Below, in pieces: positions 26,145 to 32,000 of a stretch of 32,000 nt of DNA; position 1 is the first letter of the stretch; every line of letters begins with the position of its first letter. Made by a program: the position numbers and the translations under genes. The stretch comes from an uncultured delta proteobacterium (lineage in GTDB: Bacteria; Myxococcota_A; Polyangia; Polyangiales; Polyangiaceae): the NCBI GenBank assembly GCA_963781505.1, contig CAWAHB010000038.1:17388-49387 (forward strand), in the 5' to 3' direction. The notes beneath the pieces were generated by a model. The model ran no database searches. It was given only the letters and a program-made list of their open reading frames with translations, and was not told where the DNA came from.

Positions 26145-26540
26145 TCAACGAAAACCGGGAGTTTTGCGCCGGCCAGGGCCTTTGGGGCCTCGTCGCTCGG
26201 TGGTTTGCCCCAAGAGCTCGCCTTTCGGACCGACGTGATACTCGTGCCGCTCGGTCCTTCGCCGAGCTCGGGGACGCGCTTGGCCGAGGTAGCTCAGCGG
26301 GTCGGCTCGGCTCTCGGGCGCTGGTCCGGACGAGATCCGCTCGAGCAACGTGCCCGCTTCGAGGTCGAGCTCGAGGCGCTGTTCCCACACGGTGCCAGGT
26401 CCCGCGTCGATCCGCTCGATGCGTGCGCTCGGATGTTCGCTCGCCGTAATCCAACTCTGTCCGACGAGAACGCGCCAAAAGATCTTGCGCGTGCCGCGGG
26501 TGACCACGGTCTCCGATTCGAACAGCTCTATCGTATGCAC
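26145..26540 (-). CDS. hypothetical protein (131 aa), basic C-terminus
   Basis: ORF 26145..26540(-). ATG lies 1 nt after the upstream stop. Third-position GC is high throughout. No family recognised. Confidence 0.55.
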   Translation of the reverse strand: MHTIELFESETVVTRGTRKIFWRVLVGQSWITASEHPSARIERIDAGPGTVWEQRLELDLEAGTLLERISSGPAPESRADPLSYLGQARPRARRRTERHEYHVGPKGELLGQTTERRGPKGPGRRKTPGFR

Positions 26541-26541
26541 A

Positions 26542-27723
26542 TCACTTGGGCAGCGGTGCGAAGCCCGGCTTGTTGGGCGGAGGAACGATTTCGTCTTCCT
26601 TCTCTTTGTCGGGAGGAGGCGGAGGATTCGTCGTGTCCGGTTTCTTCGGCTGTGCCTTGTCGGGCTTCTTGCCGGGCTCCTCGGTCGTCTCCGACGGATT
26701 TTCGTCCATGCTCACATCGGCCGCAGCAGCGCCGAAATGGGGAGTGGCGTTCGGATCGCATCCCGGACCGAAGCCACCCGCGTCGAAGTCGAGCTCTGCG
26801 CTTCCCTTGCGCTCGTCCCCCTCGGTCGTCGTGTGGATCACTTCGACTTTGAGCCGGCGGGCTCCCGCTCGCGCCGGGGAGCAGTACGACAAGAGGTAGT
26901 AGCGCTCCATCATCGACTGGACCTTCGTCGCCGCGTCGTCGAGCACCGGACCGATGCCGCCTAGGGACGGAGCCCACATCACGCCGTCCTTGCCGATGGC
27001 GTCGATCTCGAAGCTCTTTTCGTCTCCGATGCCGATGGCGATCACCTGCTGGCTCGTTGCGTCGACCGCGCCGGTCATCTGGTCGTCCGTGGCACGGGCG
27101 GCGCGATCCGGACCGGCGGTCATGACCACCAGCGTCCCCACGCGGATGGGCTTCTTCTCCGTCATCAGGCGGGCGCCGAGCTCCTTGATGCCCTCGATCA
27201 CCGCGCCGTTGAGGTTGCGCGAGGTATCTGCGGCCTTGAAGCTGTCGAGCTCCGGGATCTCGCTCGGTCCGGCTTCACCCTTGGGATAGTCGCCAATCAG
27301 GTGGAGCGTGGGACTGCCGTCGAAGGCATACACCGTCACGCTCTGGGATTTACGTGTGAGGGCGACGAAGTTGGCGACCGCCCGGCTGATGGCGTGCTTC
27401 TGGTTGTCCTCGGCGGAGCTCAAATCCAAAAGCAGGAGAACGCGGTGGAGAGCCGCCACCTCGCGAGAGAGGAGCACCTGCTTGGTTTCATCCGGCGAGA
27501 TCAGTTGACCGTTCTCGTAGATGTTGAAGTTCTGCTCCGTGAGGTCGGTGACCGGCTCCTGACCGTCACTCACCTTGAGGTAGACCGCGACGTTGCTGGG
27601 CTTTTGCACCGAGCTGGAAACGGGATCGACTTGGAGCCGCTTGAAGAAGGCACAGCCTCCGAGCACGAGCGAAGCCAAGAACGCGAATACGACGAAGCGC
27701 AGGGGCGCCATGGGCCGATTCAT
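26542..27723 (-). CDS. VWA-like lipoprotein with Pro/Lys-rich C-terminal tail
   Basis: Inner ATG of ORF 26542..27777(-). MNRPMAPLRFVVFAFLASLVLGGC carries a lipobox. The VWA-like core is VLLLLDLSSAEDN (partial MIDAS)...VTVYAFDGSP...NLNGAVIEGI...LVVMTAGPD. The tail is KKPDKAQPKKPDTTNPPPPPDKEKEDEIVPPPNKP. Confidence 0.75.
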   Translation of the reverse strand: MNRPMAPLRFVVFAFLASLVLGGCAFFKRLQVDPVSSSVQKPSNVAVYLKVSDGQEPVTDLTEQNFNIYENGQLISPDETKQVLLSREVAALHRVLLLLDLSSAEDNQKHAISRAVANFVALTRKSQSVTVYAFDGSPTLHLIGDYPKGEAGPSEIPELDSFKAADTSRNLNGAVIEGIKELGARLMTEKKPIRVGTLVVMTAGPDRAARATDDQMTGAVDATSQQVIAIGIGDEKSFEIDAIGKDGVMWAPSLGGIGPVLDDAATKVQSMMERYYLLSYCSPARAGARRLKVEVIHTTTEGDERKGSAELDFDAGGFGPGCDPNATPHFGAAAADVSMDENPSETTEEPGKKPDKAQPKKPDTTNPPPPPDKEKEDEIVPPPNKPGFAPLPK

Positions 27724-27767
27724 GCCATGGCGCCGCCCCGAGGGGTACTCTTCCGGGAATAAGTCTC

Positions 27768-28229
27768 TCATTCCCATGTCGTCCGCCCCTCGCGAGCGGC
27801 GCTCAGCATGTCGCTCATGCCGTGGCAGAGCTTCGGGAGATCGGCCTCCTGGAACAGCCGGACTTCCACGATCTCCATGGGGTTGTCGGGTGGGCGCTGG
27901 GGCTCATCGACTGTCGCTCGAACGACGATCGTCACCGCGTGGAACCGCGCGTCGCGGTCGGGACGCGAGTAGACGCCTGCGAGCTCGCCCAGCTCCACGT
28001 CATCGACCCCCGCTTCCTCCCGGAGCTCGCGAACGATTGCTGCGTTCAAGGTTTCGCCCCACTCCAGGGTGCCGCCGGGTAGCGCCCATTCTCCAGTGTC
28101 GCTTCGGCGCACCAAGAGCCAGCGACCGTCCCGGGTGCGCGCCGCCGCAGCGATGCCGACCACGGGGCGTCGAAGCACGTGCCGCGCCACTTCCTTGACG
28201 ATTGTCCACAGACCTCGCGGGATCCTCAC
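27768..28229 (-). CDS. NUDIX hydrolase
   Basis: 3' part of ORF 27768..29339(-). The Nudix box is GGTLEWGETLNAAIVRELREEAGV. The start is uncertain, either GTG at 28229 or GTG at 28190. The upstream part of the long ORF is a shadow frame of the plus-strand transpeptidase gene. Confidence 0.8.
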   Translation of the reverse strand: MRIPRGLWTIVKEVARHVLRRPVVGIAAAARTRDGRWLLVRRSDTGEWALPGGTLEWGETLNAAIVRELREEAGVDDVELGELAGVYSRPDRDARFHAVTIVVRATVDEPQRPPDNPMEIVEVRLFQEADLPKLCHGMSDMLSAAREGRTTWE

Positions 28230-28319
28230 CGCGCGGGAGACTCCTCGAAATCCCGGCCGATGAAAATGGCCTCGGGCCTGTCGAGCGCAGAGCGCGGGAA
28301 ACTGTGCTACCGGGGCGCC

Positions 28320-29868
28320 ATGGCCTGGCTCCGAGCCGCGACAGCGTCGCTCGTGATGCTCCTCGGCGTGGCGGGGTGCTTCCAGCGCCGGGAACCGCCC
28401 GGAGCGCGCTCCACGCCAGAACCGTCGAGCACCGTCGTGGGAGGAGCGGGCAGCGCCGGGCCCCTCGATAGCGCTACCCCGGTGACAACCGCCCCGGCCA
28501 AGGACGTGCTGGGAACCCCCGCGGACAATCTTCCCTTCGTCCCGGACGGAACGAAGCTCGCGAGCATCGCTTGGCGGAACTGGGTGTACACGGACACCGG
28601 TCCGACTCGAACCCGCTACGGCTATCTGCGCGCGGGTGCGATCGTGGAGGCACGGGGTCCGGCGATCGTCAACGACGGCTGCAACGGTGGCTGGTATCGC
28701 GTCAATCCCCGGGGCTTCGTGTGCGTCGGCAAGGGCGCGACTCGCGACCTCGAAGATCCCACCGTGATTGCTTCGAGCGTCCGTCCGGTACGCGGGCAAG
28801 GTCTGCCGTACGTCTACGCAATGGCAGGCGAGGTTCCGCCGCTTCTTTATTTCCGGTTGCCCTCGAAAGAGGAGATGAAGACCGTCGAGGGCGACGTTGC
28901 CGGACGCTCTCGGATGTATCGCGAGCAGGCCGCGTCCAACGGCTTGAAGGACGTGCTCGGCGATCCGGGTCCGCCGCCGGATTTTCTCGATACGAAGAAG
29001 CCTCTCGTGCAGCCCTACGGCGTTAAGAAGCGTCTCCATTTCTCGGTGCATGCCGGTCGCGCCGCGATGGACTCGGGCTTCGCGATCCAGCGGGTGTTCG
29101 AATGGGAGGGACGCTGGTTCGGGCTCACGACGGAGCTCGACATCATTGCCCTCGATCGCACCAAGGTCGTGCGTCCGAGCAAGTTCCACGGCATCGAGCT
29201 CGGGGAGGGAGAGAGTCTGCCGGTAGCGTTCATCGAGACGCATTTTGCTCAGAAGTACAAGCTGACGGCGCAAGACCAGCTGTCGGCTGCGGGCAGCTTC
29301 CAGCACCGCGAAGCGATCAAGCTGACCGGCAAGACCCATGGAGCGGTTCTGGGAGACCCGCGATGGCGACTACGTGGCGCAGGAAGGTTCGCGTCTAATC
29401 CACCCGCGGGATTCGTTCCCGAGCTTTGCCACCGGAACCCGAAAGTGGATCGACATCTCGATCCGCGAGCAATCGCTGGTCGCGTATGTCGGAACGAAGC
29501 CGGTGTACGTCACGCTGGTCAGCACGGGTCGCGGAGGGTTGGGCGATCCGGAAAAAGCCCAAGCCACCATCCGCGGCACGTTCATGATCTACACCAAGCA
29601 CGTGAGCGCCACGATGGACGGCACCGAGGACAAGGCCGACTCCTACGCGCTTCTCGACGTGCCCTTCGTCCAATATTTCCACAAGGGCTTCGCTCTTCAC
29701 GGAACGTACTGGCACGACGAGTTCGGCAAAGTGAGGAGTCATGGTTGCGTGAACCTCGCACCCGTCGACGCAGCGTGGCTCTTCGAGTGGACCGATCCTC
29801 CCGTGCCCGGCGACTGGCATTCCGTGATCAACAAGGAGCGCGGTACGGTCGTGCTCGTGCGTCCGTGA
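28320..29868 (+). CDS. L,D-transpeptidase (YkuD domain) lipoprotein; one frame change at the CCC run 29335-29337
   Basis: ATG at 28320 gives MAWLRAATASLVMLLGVAGC (lipobox); an alternative ATG lies at 28260. The frame of ORF 28179..30224 is sensible up to ...REAIKLTGKT. The sequence then continues in ORF 29338..29868 as MERFWETRDGDYV...ISIREQSLVAYVGTKPVYVTLVSTG...HGTYWHDEFGKVRSHGCVNLAPVDAAWLFEW, the YkuD active-site motif. Removing one C restores a single ORF. Confidence 0.8.
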
Positions 29869-30224
29869 GCGCGTCGGACGACCGCGCCCGGGTGGTCATC
29901 CAACGAGCTCTGGAAAAGAGCGACGGGACCCTGAGGGCGGCCGCCCTCTGCCAGGCCGGAAGGCTCAGCGTCTACGTGGCAGGGGACGAATCGAAGGAGC
30001 TCGCTCCACGCGGGACGGGAAAGCTCCTGGAGCTCCTCATGGAGGCTGCGACCCGCGCCCAGTCGGGCGTGCTGTCGTTTCGGGATCCGGACGGCAGAAG
30101 CAGCGGTCGCGTGCTCGTGGAACCCGTCAGTGGTGACGTCGTGCTGGTCGCGATAGCGAACGAGGAGCGAGCGGCTCGCATCCGGATGCGCCGCGCTGCG
30201 CTGGCCTTGCGAGACCTCTACTGA
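29865..30224 (+). CDS. small protein, possibly roadblock/LC7 (MglB-like) fold
   Basis: GTG at 29865 overlaps the transpeptidase stop as GTGA. The 119-aa product reads VSASDDRARVVIQRALEKSDGTLRAAALCQAGRLSVYVAGDESKE...GRVLVEPVSGDVVLVAIANEERAARIRMRRAALALRDLY. The fold assignment rests on general pattern only. Confidence 0.45.
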   Translation: MSASDDRARVVIQRALEKSDGTLRAAALCQAGRLSVYVAGDESKELAPRGTGKLLELLMEAATRAQSGVLSFRDPDGRSSGRVLVEPVSGDVVLVAIANEERAARIRMRRAALALRDLY

Positions 30225-31872
30225 GGGAGAAGATTTCTCGGTCCGCAAACGCCTCGAACTCGACCGGAGGTGCTTGGGTGGATAGCTCGACCTTCGCGCG
30301 GATCTCGACGCCGGCCTGGGACGCGAGATCGCCAATTGGGACCGTGGCTTCCCCCACGACCGGTGGGGGCGCCGCGGTCGGCTCGGAATGGTTGACCTTG
30401 CCGCCCAGGGCGCGCACGCGGAGCGCCAGTTTCTGCTTCGCTTCGTTCGAAGAATTGAAGACACAAGCCTCGACGGACTTCTCGGTCACCCGTAGGTTGC
30501 AGGTCTTCACGTCGCCGAGGGCGCGCAAGATGCGATCGAGAAAGGGTGCCTCGTCTTCGCGCAAAGCTTCCTTGAGCTTCAGCGTCGCCTCCTTGGCTCG
30601 CGGGTCGCCGAGATAGGCGAGCATCATCGCGCCGTGGAGCCGCACCGGTCGGTGGTTGGCGTTCAGGAGGTCAGCGAGAAGGTTCGTGGGAGCGGCACCG
30701 TCACCCGTGGGACCGATCGTGCCCGGTCGCGGACGGTCGATATCGAATGTAGAGCCTCGCGCCTCGACGCTCCACTTGATGGCTTGACCTGCGGTGAGCG
30801 GCCCCTCGAAGTACACCGCGCGGTTGGCGACCGGGTAGCGCTTGGAAGACGGCGGCGGGTCTTGCTCGAAGAAGTTCAGCATCATGCTGAGCTCACGGAT
30901 CTCCTGATCGGAGTTGTTGACCGCGGCAACCTCGACCTCCATCCGGTTTTTTACGGGGCCCGCGATGACCTTTTTGGAAATGACGACCACGCCCAGCTCG
31001 TCGATTGGCTCCCGCCAGAGCGGGGAATCGGCTCGGCGGCAGGAGCAATGACCGTGCACGGCGAGATTTTCTTTCGCGGGAGGAGTGCCGGTGGGTGCGG
31101 ACTTTTGGGAATCCGCGGGAGGTGGCGGGGCAGGAGCAGTGACGTTGGCCGGCTCGAGATCGTCGTCGGGAGCTCGCTCGCGCGCCGCGCGATCGGCGAC
31201 GGCCGTGGGGCGGTCGCCGGGAGTCAGTAGCCAGCGTGCCGTGAGCACGGCGCCAAGCAGACACGCGGTCAGGGAAATGACGACGGCGGCGGTCGTGCGA
31301 GGCCAGAGTCCTTCGAAGGTCGGGATCCGGAACGGCTTCGGTGCGGGCCGGGGTGGCGTTGGCAGTCGGATCAGATTCGGTACGTGGTGGGCGAGGTCGA
31401 CGGCGAACGCTTCGCGTGCCGCATCGCCCATCAAGCCGCGGGCGCCGATCTGGCGATCGGCGAGGACTCCGATGACGAGAATCGAAAACGCTGCGAGCAC
31501 CGCGACACTGATGGCCAAGCCAGCGCCGGCATGGGGGGCGACGCGGGGAACCGTCAGCGACGCCACCATCGCCGTCACGACCGCCAGCGCGGCTGCGCCA
31601 ATCCAGATCACCAAGCGCTGCTTGAACGCTTCGTGGCGGTGCTCGTTTTCGCCTGTCGAAAATCCGACGAGCACCATGCGGCTGTGAGGCGTGAGCGCGG
31701 GATGGAAGGCGAGAAAGAGCTGATCGCCCTCGACTCGCGCCGCCTCGACCTTGTCCCAGGGCACGGTGATGCGCGTGCCCATCGTGAGGGCCGCCGGGGC
31801 GTAGCCTTCGGAGAACGCACCTACGCCGAGATAGATCACGACCAGGCCGTGGGGCGTGCACTCGAGCTCCAC
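30127..31872 (-). CDS. membrane protein, unknown function (TM helices plus Pro-rich linker plus C-terminal soluble domain)
   Basis: ORF 30127..31872(-), GTG start, intact at 581 aa. TM segments include LVIWIGAAALAVVTAMVASL, LAISVAVLAAFSILVIGVLA and AAVVISLTACLLGAVLTA. The start is uncertain because protein-like sequence continues upstream to an in-frame TGA at 31957-31959. The last ~33 codons overlap the roadblock-like gene convergently. Confidence 0.6.
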   Translation of the reverse strand: MELECTPHGLVVIYLGVGAFSEGYAPAALTMGTRITVPWDKVEAARVEGDQLFLAFHPALTPHSRMVLVGFSTGENEHRHEAFKQRLVIWIGAAALAVVTAMVASLTVPRVAPHAGAGLAISVAVLAAFSILVIGVLADRQIGARGLMGDAAREAFAVDLAHHVPNLIRLPTPPRPAPKPFRIPTFEGLWPRTTAAVVISLTACLLGAVLTARWLLTPGDRPTAVADRAARERAPDDDLEPANVTAPAPPPPADSQKSAPTGTPPAKENLAVHGHCSCRRADSPLWREPIDELGVVVISKKVIAGPVKNRMEVEVAAVNNSDQEIRELSMMLNFFEQDPPPSSKRYPVANRAVYFEGPLTAGQAIKWSVEARGSTFDIDRPRPGTIGPTGDGAAPTNLLADLLNANHRPVRLHGAMMLAYLGDPRAKEATLKLKEALREDEAPFLDRILRALGDVKTCNLRVTEKSVEACVFNSSNEAKQKLALRVRALGGKVNHSEPTAAPPPVVGEATVPIGDLASQAGVEIRAKVELSTQAPPVEFEAFADREIFSLSRGLARPAQRGASGCEPLAPRSLSRPARRHH

Positions 31873-32000
31873 GGCGCCGATCGCGTTGCTGCGCTCGGCA
31901 GCGACGGCGGTGGCGCGAACTTTCAGGACGTCCTCCTCGAGGGCGGCGAGCCTAGCTCAGGGGGTGAGAGCCCGCCTGTCGCGTCCCAGCAGCTGGAGGG

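Overview
This is a high-GC bacterial chromosomal segment (hand-counted about 67-70% GC inside genes). Its gene content looks myxobacterial or deltaproteobacterial: many lipoproteins, PilZ proteins, a hybrid histidine kinase, a membrane Ser/Thr kinase and VWA proteins. That taxonomic reading is inference only. I can support about 30 protein-coding genes and found no rRNA, tRNA, CRISPR array or transposase.

Gene blocks, left to right:
- An OPT transporter fragment.
- Two PilZ genes flanking an SRPBCC/AHSA1 gene.
- A REC-PAS-PAS-HK-REC hybrid kinase.
- A plus-strand trio of lipoproteins (VWA, Gly-rich/collagen-like, Tat-signal).
- A DUF2892-like segment in frame with a SAM methyltransferase.
- A heavily frame-broken conserved hypothetical gene.
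- A TonB-like protein and a FadB/FadJ-type beta-oxidation enzyme.
- An SH3b-EEP lipoprotein and a Cys-rich secreted protein.
- An EVE-domain gene coupled to an MscS channel.
- A seven-gene minus-strand cluster: NUDIX, VWA-like lipoprotein, small protein, FadL-like OMP, PHM/DBH-like copper monooxygenase lipoprotein, polytopic Ser/Thr kinase, TPR-like lipoprotein.
- An L,D-transpeptidase with a roadblock/LC7-like gene, then a large membrane protein.

The most unusual feature is a 2.45-kb island (18807-21265). It is ORF-free on both strands and lower in GC. It opens with a ~28% GC stretch carrying phased DnaA-box-like TTGTGG repeats and closes with a strong plus-strand intrinsic terminator that has no gene in front of it. 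I treat it as a candidate large structured RNA locus and/or an origin-like or iteron element.

The second window-wide observation is that at least nine genes are interrupted by indel-type frame changes, often at homopolymer runs, while about ten neighbouring genes are intact. Many long ORFs in the supplied track are high-GC shadow frames and were not called.
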